A stretch of 64,000 nt of DNA from a virus (lineage: Duplodnaviria; Caudoviricetes): IMG/VR virus record IMGVR_UViG_3300011774_000001, positions 32,001-96,000 of that record. One strand, 5' to 3'. The first letter of the stretch is position 1. Every line of letters begins with the position of its first letter. Of this stretch, positions 1 through 7,584 are shown in pieces. Made by a program: the position numbers and the translations under genes. The notes beneath the pieces are model-generated. The model was not told the DNA's origin, ran no database searches, and worked only from the letters and a program-made list of their open reading frames with translations.

Positions 1-1
1 G

Positions 2-538
2 GACAACGAGAACCTGCAGCGCAACAATAGCCACCTGCAGAGTAAGCTGAACTCTCTGCAGACCAGCCTCGATCTGGTGGAACGGTCCAACAACAACAAC
101 CTGTTGATCGTTCGCCGTCTTAACCGCATTCTGGCCGACAACAACATCGACACCACGGCTGCCAACATTCCGCCGGCATCTGAAGGTGGCGAACTGCGCA
201 GCTCTCGCGTGGCCCGTGAGAACCCAACTCCCCCGCCTCGTCTGGCAGACAACCTGCGTCCAGAAGTTGTACGCAGCGGTCGTTCCAGCATGGCGAGCCC
301 TCACCAAAGTGCAGCACCTGTCAGTCACGACGATGGCCCAGGTTTCGGCACAGGCCTGTTGGTGGGTCACATGTTGTTCAGTGACAGTAGTTCGCCTCGC
401 AGCGAACCTACCCCAAGTCGCTGTGATCCAACTCCGAGTTATTCGGAACCTACCCGCAGCGATCCATCGCCCAGCTACGACCCTCCATCCTCGACCTCCG
501 ATTACGGTGGTGGCGGTGGTGGCGGCGGTTGCGACTGA
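2..538 (+). CDS. Hypothetical protein, 5'-truncated; coiled-coil N-part, Pro/Ser repeats, Gly-rich GGGGGGGGCD tail
   Basis: Frame is open from nt 2 (DNENLQRNNSHLQSKLN...); ~7-aa repeats RSEPTPS/RCDPTPS/YSEPTRS; followed by a terminator hairpin. Confidence 0.75.
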   Translation, partial: DNENLQRNNSHLQSKLNSLQTSLDLVERSNNNNLLIVRRLNRILADNNIDTTAANIPPASEGGELRSSRVARENPTPPPRLADNLRPEVVRSGRSSMASPHQSAAPVSHDDGPGFGTGLLVGHMLFSDSSSPRSEPTPSRCDPTPSYSEPTRSDPSPSYDPPSSTSDYGGGGGGGGCD

Positions 539-550
539 TACACCTCTCTG

Positions 551-580
551 GGTCCCTGGGATTTCCCAGGGGCCTTATGC
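551..580 (+). terminator. Hairpin + TTATGC terminator
   Basis: ggtccctggg-attt-cccaggggcc then ttatgc, just after a + stop codon. Confidence 0.7.
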
Positions 581-586
581 CCCCAT

Positions 587-600
587 GTCCTAAGGAGGAC
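587..600 (+). promoter_or_regulatory. Shine-Dalgarno hairpin GTCCT-AAGG-AGGAC
   Basis: Perfect 5-bp stem 5 nt before ATG 606; one of five covarying copies. Confidence 0.7.
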
Positions 601-605
601 CAACC

Positions 606-1349
606 ATGGCCATGCCTGGTGATGTACGTTCCATCCGTGAAGCCGATGTTTGCCCTTGCCAGTATGATGAATGCTCGGCCAGTGCAAGTCAGGAGTATTG
701 CACCGAAGTTGATTCAATGGGTGCAGAGTGGCTGCCGCTGTGCGACGACCACATAGAGCAGTTCAAAGAAGATGTGGCCAATGCCAATGCGCTTGAGGAT
801 AACGAGTGTGAGTGGTGCCATGCCACTGATGTGCACACAGCCCCTTTCCGTGACTGGCAGGAAGGCTCTCAGGGTCCTCTGTACGAGGTTTGTGACAAAT
901 GTCGCGGCAAGTCCATTGACGAAGCCAATGAGTTGGCTAACAACGAGCCTGAGGAGCCTGAGGAAGGTGAGGAGCAGTTCGCTACCATGCCAGAACTCAG
1001 TGACGACGATATCGGACAGATGTTCAGTAAGCCGATTGATGTCGGGTATGAAGTGGATCACATCTTTGATCGATTGACCCTGCACGACCATTCCGGTACC
1101 ACCGACCTGAATGGCACTCAGTTTAACCTGAACGGCCCACTACTGCATGACGGCCAGTTGGGTTTCTCTGCGCACTATCAAGACGGCGTTCAGTTCGCAC
1201 TCTGTCTGGACCTGCAGTACGACATCCTGTTCTGGCGAGCACATTTCCCTCGTGAGTTCTACTTTGTCCACCTGCAAGAACGTGTCCTCGTCATTCGTCA
1301 ACGCATTGCCGCCCTTGGCTACTGCGTCAAAACCATCGAAGAACTTTAA
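606..1349 (+). CDS. Hypothetical protein with Cys-rich putative Zn-finger N-terminal domain
   Basis: Motifs CDDH, CEWC, CDKC; AAGGAGG RBS. Confidence 0.8.
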   Translation: MAMPGDVRSIREADVCPCQYDECSASASQEYCTEVDSMGAEWLPLCDDHIEQFKEDVANANALEDNECEWCHATDVHTAPFRDWQEGSQGPLYEVCDKCRGKSIDEANELANNEPEEPEEGEEQFATMPELSDDDIGQMFSKPIDVGYEVDHIFDRLTLHDHSGTTDLNGTQFNLNGPLLHDGQLGFSAHYQDGVQFALCLDLQYDILFWRAHFPREFYFVHLQERVLVIRQRIAALGYCVKTIEEL

Positions 1350-1360
1350 GGAACATCACC

Positions 1361-2176
1361 ATGCAGTCTCTCGTAACCAAAGATCCATTGTTCACACTCA
1401 TGTTGTTGTGCGACGTGCTGAAGGTCGAAGCCAACGACCACACTACCTGTTACAACACTGTGGGGCAACACCTGACCAAGCTTATCAAAGGCGGTCTGGA
1501 AATGGACGACGACACCTTCAAGCGTCTGTCCAATGGCAACACCCTGTTCGAAATAGACTTCTGGCCGCAACGTGCAGAGGGTGGTTGTTCTCTGGTGGGT
1601 GATGACTTCGAAGCCCTGCTGGATCAAGCCATTGCCATTGCCCGTCCCTGGGCGCTGGACCCAGATGAGTTGGCGGCCATTGATGAGGATGGCGATCACA
1701 TGTCTGGAGATGAGGAGAACAACTCTACCACCAACTTCCTCAGAATGGTGGCGGGTTCTAAGTGCGCCGTTGGTTGTTCCCTGAATGCCCATCGTTTGGA
1801 TTCGATTGGTGAGCCCGGCAAACCAATGCGTCCACAGACTGTTCTCGACGCATTGCAGTGGAAGATCGACAATGGCGACGACGAAGTTGAGGATGCTCTG
1901 GAAAATGGCGAATATGCGGCCATGATCGAAGAGGACGTCATGGTAGAGGCGTATGCCTACACCAGCACCCCAGTCGGTTCCTATGACATCTTCCACCTCA
2001 ACTGGCAACCCTGCCTGCGGCAGATGCGTCAGATCGTTGAATCAGCCAATATCGATCCGTTGATCCAAGGCCTGAACCTGCACACTGATAAGGTGGCAGC
2101 AGAGCTGCGTCAACAAGGTGTGGAAAACATGTCCGAATTGTGGACCCACGCCGAAAACAAAGATGGGGCGATTTAA
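1361..2176 (+). CDS. Hypothetical acidic protein
   Basis: 271-aa ORF, TAAGGA RBS, contiguous with upstream gene. Confidence 0.8.
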   Translation: MQSLVTKDPLFTLMLLCDVLKVEANDHTTCYNTVGQHLTKLIKGGLEMDDDTFKRLSNGNTLFEIDFWPQRAEGGCSLVGDDFEALLDQAIAIARPWALDPDELAAIDEDGDHMSGDEENNSTTNFLRMVAGSKCAVGCSLNAHRLDSIGEPGKPMRPQTVLDALQWKIDNGDDEVEDALENGEYAAMIEEDVMVEAYAYTSTPVGSYDIFHLNWQPCLRQMRQIVESANIDPLIQGLNLHTDKVAAELRQQGVENMSELWTHAENKDGAI

Positions 2177-2210
2177 ACGAATCTCGAACCTATAATACCC
2201 ACGTGAATAG
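2175..2210 (+). promoter_or_regulatory. Putative early (virion RNAP) promoter
   Basis: AT-rich aaacgaatctcgaacctataatacccacgtgaat; similar motifs at 46933 and 48300. Confidence 0.5.
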
Positions 2211-2246
2211 AGTCAATAAAAGACTTCTGTTCACATCAATCCCCAT

Positions 2247-2260
2247 GTTCTAAGGAGAAC
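2247..2260 (+). promoter_or_regulatory. Shine-Dalgarno hairpin GTTCT-AAGG-AGAAC
   Basis: Perfect stem with compensatory change relative to the 587 copy; ATG at 2264. Confidence 0.7.
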
Positions 2261-2263
2261 AAA

Positions 2264-2599
2264 ATGGAAACTTATTTCATCGTTTCTGGTGTTATCACCA
2301 ATGCGGTTGTTATCGCCGCCGCCGTGTTGTGGATCGTCTACTGGGTGATCCTGCGTAAGGGTGTGGATGTACGAGAGGTAGGCGTTATGAACGCCGAAGT
2401 GAAGGAAGGCGATGACTGGGTTGAGGTGGTTGAAGAGGGTGGGGTAGTTAAGCACTACATCCTGACCTTCACAGCCATCCGTCGCCGTTACTACTCCATC
2501 TGGTCCATGCGCCGTCAGATCTGGAAGTCTGTAAAGCGCATGCATCCAAACGTCCGAGCTGTTAGCGTGGAAGGCTTCGCTTACGGCTTCGACGATTAG
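2264..2599 (+). CDS. Membrane-anchored hypothetical protein (paralog of 3187-3498)
   Basis: N-terminal hydrophobic helix; C-terminal IWKSVKR..V.AV...G..Y.F. Confidence 0.8.
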   Translation: METYFIVSGVITNAVVIAAAVLWIVYWVILRKGVDVREVGVMNAEVKEGDDWVEVVEEGGVVKHYILTFTAIRRRYYSIWSMRRQIWKSVKRMHPNVRAVSVEGFAYGFDD

Positions 2600-2606
2600 T
2601 CACCAC

Positions 2607-2620
2607 GATCTAAGGAGATC
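2607..2620 (+). promoter_or_regulatory. Shine-Dalgarno hairpin GATCT-AAGG-AGATC
   Basis: Perfect stem; ATG at 2624. Confidence 0.7.
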
Positions 2621-2623
2621 ACA

Positions 2624-3121
2624 ATGAAGGTTCGCATTAGTGTGGTAGAAGGTTCGATGGCCAATTTCGAATCTCGCTTCCCGTTGGAAGCATCCCTCAT
2701 CTATCAGGGGGATGATGCGGCATTCGCACCCATTGCTGCAATGTACGGTCAGTTCGAATCCTACGCCCTGCGTGTGGAGAAGATGTTCGACGCTCTGATC
2801 CAATTGGGTGGGGAGGGCATGATCAGCTACATGCTGAACATGGGTCAGCGCCTGTCGGCTGATCTGGGGCTGGGTTTGGGTTACCGGGACGAGCCGTGGA
2901 TTAATCTAGTGCCTGTCTACACCCACGGCCTGAAGACCCCGTTCTCCATTCACCATGGCATGAACAACCTCTCGGCCAGCGCTGTCCACTTCACCGACTG
3001 GGCTTTCCAGATGGCGATGGACACTGGCGAATCGGGTAAGTTGGATTTCGAACATCAACAGTTCGATGAGTTTATCCAATCCCTGCGTGATGAACTCTTC
3101 CGCCTAACCGAAGGCAAATAA
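2624..3121 (+). CDS. Hypothetical protein
   Basis: 165-aa ORF with strong RBS. Confidence 0.8.
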   Translation: MKVRISVVEGSMANFESRFPLEASLIYQGDDAAFAPIAAMYGQFESYALRVEKMFDALIQLGGEGMISYMLNMGQRLSADLGLGLGYRDEPWINLVPVYTHGLKTPFSIHHGMNNLSASAVHFTDWAFQMAMDTGESGKLDFEHQQFDEFIQSLRDELFRLTEGK

Positions 3122-3130
3122 CCCGCAACA

Positions 3131-3162
3131 CTCCAGCCCCTCAGTGGGGTTGGAGACTATTC
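3131..3162 (+). terminator. Hairpin terminator (TATTC variant tail)
   Basis: ctccagcccc-tcagt-ggggttggag then actattc. Confidence 0.55.
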
Positions 3163-3166
3163 CCAA

Positions 3167-3180
3167 GTCCTAAGGAGGAC
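3167..3180 (+). promoter_or_regulatory. Shine-Dalgarno hairpin GTCCT-AAGG-AGGAC
   Basis: Perfect stem; ATG at 3187. Confidence 0.7.
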
Positions 3181-3186
3181 ACTGTA

Positions 3187-3498
3187 ATGACCGCTATCAT
3201 CGTTATCGCTGTACTGGCTGCAATCGTACTGGCTGTTGTTGTAGCACGCCGTATGCGCCACCATGGCTTCACCCTGCAAGAGGTATCCATCTATCAAGAA
3301 GCTGCCTCTCAAAAGGCTGACAACTTCGTAGAGATCACTGTTGCTGGCTGCCGGTTGCGCAAGCCACTGGCTGTAGAGGTTGAACTGGAACGCCGGTTCA
3401 ACCCAGAGAAACTGCGTGAAGCCATCTGGCGGAGCGTTAAGCGTTACGACGATCGTGTGAGCGCTGTGCGCTTCCAAGGTCACACCTACTCGTTCTAA
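3187..3498 (+). CDS. Membrane-anchored hypothetical protein (paralog of 2264-2599)
   Basis: N-terminal TM helix; IWRSVKRYDDRVSAVRFQGHTYSF. Confidence 0.8.
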   Translation: MTAIIVIAVLAAIVLAVVVARRMRHHGFTLQEVSIYQEAASQKADNFVEITVAGCRLRKPLAVEVELERRFNPEKLREAIWRSVKRYDDRVSAVRFQGHTYSF

Positions 3499-3510
3499 TC
3501 ACAGAACACA

Positions 3511-3540
3511 CCCCCACTCGGGTGAGTGGGGGCTTATGCC
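3511..3540 (+). terminator. Hairpin + CTTATGCC terminator
   Basis: cccccactc-gggt-gagtggggg-cttatgcc. Confidence 0.7.
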
Positions 3541-3558
3541 GTCTATAGGAGATTCACA

Positions 3559-3828
3559 ATGGCTGCTGTAAAAGTAATCGTAAACCGCGTCAACATGCTG
3601 GTAATGCCAGAGTTCCGTCAAGTCCTCAAAGAGTGGGAAGACTTCAGCAAGTCGGGTGACCGTCTGGTTGGTCTGGTCCGCACCAAATGGGACGGTGATT
3701 ACAACCTGGAAGAAGTCATGACTGCATCGCGTTTCTCTATCCCCGGTCTGCAAGACGCAAAACGGGACCTCATGGCGACCATCGCCGAATACGACAAGGT
3801 AAACAACAATGAACATGCAATTGCTTGA
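3559..3828 (+). CDS. Hypothetical protein
   Basis: AGGAGA RBS before ATG 3559 (MAAVKV...). Confidence 0.75.
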   Translation: MAAVKVIVNRVNMLVMPEFRQVLKEWEDFSKSGDRLVGLVRTKWDGDYNLEEVMTASRFSIPGLQDAKRDLMATIAEYDKVNNNEHAIA

Positions 3829-3991
3829 GTTGAACAGTATGATCCTTTCCATCGGTGAACAACTGCGCCTAGTCTCCAAGAGTCTGGCGCAGGCTGACGG
3901 TCATCAGGTTGAACTGCTGACCACTCAACGGGACACCCTGCTGAATGAATATACTGCCCTGTGCAGCAAAGCTGCTACCCTGATCGCTTAA
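3809..3991 (+). CDS. Small helical hypothetical protein
   Basis: 60-aa ORF overlapping the upstream stop, AAGGT RBS. Confidence 0.6.
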   Translation: MNMQLLELNSMILSIGEQLRLVSKSLAQADGHQVELLTTQRDTLLNEYTALCSKAATLIA

Positions 3992-4038
3992 GTCTATACT
4001 TAAGTGCATTGGGGGCAGTGCTTTTAAGTATAGACTTA
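3989..4038. repeat. AT-rich inverted repeat with 15-bp perfect arms
   Basis: taagtctatacttaa ... ttaagtatagactta with inner gcattg/cagtgc stem. Confidence 0.85.
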
Positions 4039-4047
4039 TCTTCCCCA

Positions 4048-4063
4048 GATCCTAAGGAGGATC
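4048..4063 (+). promoter_or_regulatory. Shine-Dalgarno hairpin GATCCT-AAGG-AGGATC
   Basis: Perfect 6-bp stem; ATG at 4065. Confidence 0.7.
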
Positions 4064-4064
4064 A

Positions 4065-4388
4065 ATGAAGGTCTTTAAGACTTCCCGCACATCGCCTGCT
4101 GTAGACATGCGCAAGAACTACGCTGACCCAATGTTTAAGGAGATGGACTTGATTGAGTATGACATCACTCGTGAAACTCATCAGGTGCGTTTCTTTGAAA
4201 TGCTCGAAGCCCTCACCTTACCTGTGTATGGAAAAGGCTTAGACAAGGTTGGCCGCATGGTCCTGTTCCTGTACGACCACCGCGGTAAGGTGATCATCTA
4301 CCAGAACGGACAGACGCTCTCATCCATCTACGACAACGAACAAACACAAGCTGCAGTATCCACCATCTTGGATAACATGCGCAAATAA
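4065..4388 (+). CDS. Hypothetical protein
   Basis: 107-aa ORF with strong RBS. Confidence 0.8.
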   Translation: MKVFKTSRTSPAVDMRKNYADPMFKEMDLIEYDITRETHQVRFFEMLEALTLPVYGKGLDKVGRMVLFLYDHRGKVIIYQNGQTLSSIYDNEQTQAAVSTILDNMRK

Positions 4389-4389
4389 C

Positions 4390-4423
4390 GGCATAGCCTC
4401 CCTCCCCTTGCGGGGAGGGAGGC
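4390..4423. terminator. Hairpin terminator between convergent genes
   Basis: ggcata-gcctccctcccc-ttgc-ggggagggaggc. Confidence 0.75.
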
Positions 4424-4433
4424 CAATCGCCTG

Positions 4434-4571
4434 CTACTTATTTTTTTGCTTCACGCGCTCGCTGATCTTAGCCAGCTGGATGTTGGTCACGATCTCACGA
4501 ATCGCTTGACGACCTTGGCACACTTGTTGATTGGACATGACCGGTACGCGCTCTGCTACTGCTGCTTGCAT
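4434..4571 (-). CDS. Small hypothetical protein (45 aa, MQAAVAERVP...)
   Basis: AAAGGA RBS directly after the SMI1/KNR4 stop. Confidence 0.6.
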   Translation of the reverse strand: MQAAVAERVPVMSNQQVCQGRQAIREIVTNIQLAKISERVKQKNK

Positions 4572-4581
4572 GCTGAGTCCT

Positions 4582-5055
4582 TTACTTGATCTTGGAGAAC
4601 ACCATGGAGATAAATTCCTCCAAGGATTTGGCGATGATTTGCCGTTTGGGTTTGCCGGTACGAAACAGGATGATTTGACCGCGACGCCCACCGGCTGAAG
4701 GGGCTTGGTCAATGCAGTAGTAATCTGCACCGTTGATCTTGGCAAACGGAATCCAACCAGGGTTCCACCAGCTGTCTTGTACACCGCTGTCTGGCTGAGC
4801 CTTCTTGTCATCCGTCTTGCCGTCTGTGTAGGTCTCGTTGAAACCTGCCCAGGTAGCCAGCACTTTCTGATGAGGCAGGAAAGTAATCTTGCCCGTCTCA
4901 GTCTTGATTGCCATGCCGTTGGATTGCTCCAGCACAGCGCGCAGGTCCTTAGGCATTTCAATCTTGGCCTTCTTCTCGTTCTCATCGGCCTTGGCCTTGT
5001 CGAGTTCTGGACCTTTCTTTACGCCCTTAGGCAGGGATGACAGGTTAGCGGCCAT
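4582..5055 (-). CDS. SMI1/KNR4 (SUKH superfamily) domain protein
   Basis: MPKDLRAVLEQSNG...WWNPGWIPFA...DYYCIDQAPSAGGRRGQII...IAKSLEEFI matches the SMI1/KNR4 pattern. Confidence 0.85.
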   Translation of the reverse strand: MAANLSSLPKGVKKGPELDKAKADENEKKAKIEMPKDLRAVLEQSNGMAIKTETGKITFLPHQKVLATWAGFNETYTDGKTDDKKAQPDSGVQDSWWNPGWIPFAKINGADYYCIDQAPSAGGRRGQIILFRTGKPKRQIIAKSLEEFISMVFSKIK

Positions 5056-5458
5056 TCTTCGGCTCCTGGGTAATTTGCTCTATATAGTTCAACCAGTTGC
5101 CTAGGAACTCGCGAGCACGCGCATGATTGGTCAAAGGCTTGCCAGTCTGGCGACCAGACTCGAATGCCAGACGAGACAACTCACGAATCCCCTGATACGC
5201 CATCTCTTTACGGCGCAGGTTTTCCCAATCCAGTCGCTGGTCGATACCATGCAGATGCGAGCGGATGTGGAAGGTGATCATGTTGGCACGATGACCGCCC
5301 ACAGGCTCTGGCAGTTCCACACTGGCTAACTTCTCCAGCTCTTGGCCAGCCAAGTGATCGGCGTAGATCTCCTCGTGCATCTGTTCGTGAATGTCCACAG
5401 CCCGCTGCTCTTCAGGAGTCAGTGGCTTTTGTTCACTCTGGTATTTGAAGTCAGACAT
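5045..5458 (-). CDS. Hypothetical protein
   Basis: Start MSDFKY coupled by TGATG overlap to the upstream gene. Confidence 0.7.
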   Translation of the reverse strand: MSDFKYQSEQKPLTPEEQRAVDIHEQMHEEIYADHLAGQELEKLASVELPEPVGGHRANMITFHIRSHLHGIDQRLDWENLRRKEMAYQGIRELSRLAFESGRQTGKPLTNHARAREFLGNWLNYIEQITQEPKNGR

Positions 5459-5661
5459 CAGTCCAGGGTTATGCGCAGATGGTCGCATGTGAAACTCCGT
5501 AACTTGGCCGGGAACTCTTTCAAGCTCTCGTATCGTCTACGGGCTTGTTGTTGAGAACACAGATAAATGAAATCGCGTCGTTGTTGGGCGTTAAAAGATG
5601 AAGGCCCGTGCAGCATCGAGTAGTTCAGGGGTTTTAGAATCCCACCTACTTTGTTACTCAT
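5458..5661 (-). CDS. Small hypothetical protein
   Basis: GGAG RBS; overlaps both neighbours in operon fashion. Confidence 0.55.
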   Translation of the reverse strand: MSNKVGGILKPLNYSMLHGPSSFNAQQRRDFIYLCSQQQARRRYESLKEFPAKLRSFTCDHLRITLD

Positions 5662-6208
5662 CATCTCCAGCATCGGAGTCGGTAGCGTCAGTTGCATTGA
5701 GTGACTCCATTAACATGCGATCGATGGGGTCCATGGGACCGTACTCGGTAGGAGGCACCATCAAGAAATCAATGTCACTCGATGGTGTGGGTTCGGAGTG
5801 ATCAACGGTGCCCGTAGGAACTATCCGGCCCAAGTAGGGAACACCATCCTTAACGACATCAATGCGAGAGACTGGGTCAGGCATGAAATCACAGTTGCCC
5901 ATGCTCAGTGAATCGATACCGCCATCACTTGGCTCGATAATCTTGGTCGGGTAGAAGTGTTCTACGAACTCAAACTCCCGGTGACGCAGTTTAATCCATT
6001 CCAGCTGGGACCTGAAGTTAATGTCCTGGTCAAAGCCAGATATCGCAGCAGACACCATGAAGCTAACTGCCGAGATGTAAGAAGGGGGTTGATAGAGGGC
6101 GGTATCGTCCACACCCTCCTCAACAAGGCTCTGGGCCAACTTATCCAGCTGTTCCTGCTCGCGCTTACGATCTGCCTGACGCTGCAGGCGCTTTCTACGG
6201 TTGGCCAT
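5654..6208 (-). CDS. Hypothetical protein, basic N-terminus and acidic C-terminus
   Basis: 184-aa ORF, AAGGT RBS. Confidence 0.75.
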   Translation of the reverse strand: MANRRKRLQRQADRKREQEQLDKLAQSLVEEGVDDTALYQPPSYISAVSFMVSAAISGFDQDINFRSQLEWIKLRHREFEFVEHFYPTKIIEPSDGGIDSLSMGNCDFMPDPVSRIDVVKDGVPYLGRIVPTGTVDHSEPTPSSDIDFLMVPPTEYGPMDPIDRMLMESLNATDATDSDAGDDE

Positions 6209-6222
6209 TTGCTTACCTTGAA

Positions 6223-6918
6223 TTAACGTGGTTTCCTGAATGATTGCTTGGATCTGTTGCGAATCACACTGCCCCGCATTTTCTTGGTGCGGTTCTGTCG
6301 CTTGCGATTGCGCAGGATGTCCAGCTTGACCATCTGAAGCAGGGTGTCGCAGATAAGGTCGTGAGCCAGCGCTTGACGCTCTGGGGACATCGCCACAACG
6401 TGTTGCTGCATCGTGCCAATGTCGAGCACGATATCGCCGGGCAATGGACCATGGGGACGATCAAGGCCTTCACCACCGTGCCAGTGTTCTGGAACCTTGA
6501 TACCGCGTAGGGGTTCTGGGATTTCGATAACCGATGGCCTTAGACCATCCCATGTTTCGGGACTGGATGTGAGGGCGAGGTATCGCGCCTCATCTTCTGG
6601 ATTATGCCAACCTACAATGTTGTCCCACACCCCGAAGGTCAGCACATCCACTTCCGGTTGACCAGTACCACTGACCAACCCAACTTCGGAAAGTACAGCG
6701 ACGTTCTGACCATTGTGCTGGGCCATGTCTACCGTGAACTGTTTACCATCAGGTAAGTTGATAGGTGTCTGCAGGAGTTCGGCTAAGCCTTCTGGAGGTT
6801 GGTAAAGATATCTGGCGATACCTTTGGGTTCTTCTGGCACAACGACCTCTTTGACAGGGTCACCCACCCTCTTGATCTCCAGAGCTTCCACATCGCACAA
6901 CTTTTTACCCTTTTCCAT
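6223..6918 (-). CDS. Hypothetical protein with Arg/Lys-rich C-terminal tail
   Basis: 231-aa ORF in a tightly packed operon; contains PGDIVLDIGT. Confidence 0.75.
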   Translation of the reverse strand: MEKGKKLCDVEALEIKRVGDPVKEVVVPEEPKGIARYLYQPPEGLAELLQTPINLPDGKQFTVDMAQHNGQNVAVLSEVGLVSGTGQPEVDVLTFGVWDNIVGWHNPEDEARYLALTSSPETWDGLRPSVIEIPEPLRGIKVPEHWHGGEGLDRPHGPLPGDIVLDIGTMQQHVVAMSPERQALAHDLICDTLLQMVKLDILRNRKRQNRTKKMRGSVIRNRSKQSFRKPR

Positions 6919-7369
6919 TATTCACATCCCGAATAGCTTGTTGAAGCGGTGAGAGGACTTGCCGGCGAGGACCTCGATAGTCAATGTGACCAATCGTACC
7001 CACATTGACGTAAGTCAATGGTCTGTCTAGGAAACGGTCTTGAACCACATCCACAGACCAGTCTCCGCCAATAGTCCGATACATGAACGGCTCGCCATCA
7101 CAGTAGTAGCCGAGGGTAAAGCCAGCATTCCATTGGGCTTTGGCATCACGCATTTCAACTACGCGATCCTTGTACGGGTCTGCCAACGGTCCTGCAAACA
7201 TCGGCTCATTGCTGAAGTTGGTGCGCCCGGTGTAGTAGAGGATGCGTTCGTTGGGGTCAGGCTCGATGACAAGACGAGCCGAGATACCCTTCCACTGGCC
7301 GATTACCCGCTCCACCAACCTACCATCCTCGTCAATAGCGGTGACCTTTGGTTTATCGCACCTGTTCAT
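6905..7369 (-). CDS. Hypothetical protein with EF-Tu-like peptide [10 protein letters not shown]
   Basis: ATGA-coupled ORF; motif read directly from the translation. Confidence 0.75.
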   Translation of the reverse strand: [154 protein letters not shown]

Positions 7370-7584
7370 TTTGGTACCTTGAATGTGATAACGTAGCCTG
7401 GGTCATGGGGGCGAGTAACCACCATGGTTCTTGTCAGGTAGGGACCACCTGTGGGTATGCCAATGGACAGGTAGTGGGCTTCACGAGCCTTGTACCATGC
7501 ATCCAGGGCCTCTGGTTTGGTCATCTCACCCTTCTCGTAGAGGCGATGCCAGCGGCTCTTCTTGAACTTTACAAAGGTACCCAT
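7366..7584 (-). CDS. Small hypothetical protein
   Basis: 72-aa ORF overlapping both neighbours, GGAAGG RBS. Confidence 0.65.
   Translation of the reverse strand: MGTFVKFKKSRWHRLYEKGEMTKPEALDAWYKAREAHYLSIGIPTGGPYLTRTMVVTRPHDPGYVITFKVPK

Noticed and set aside
400-538. Short tandem repeats (gaacctaccc..., ggtggc runs) as a non-coding array
   Set aside because: They encode Pro/Ser peptide repeats and the poly-Gly tail of the first CDS.
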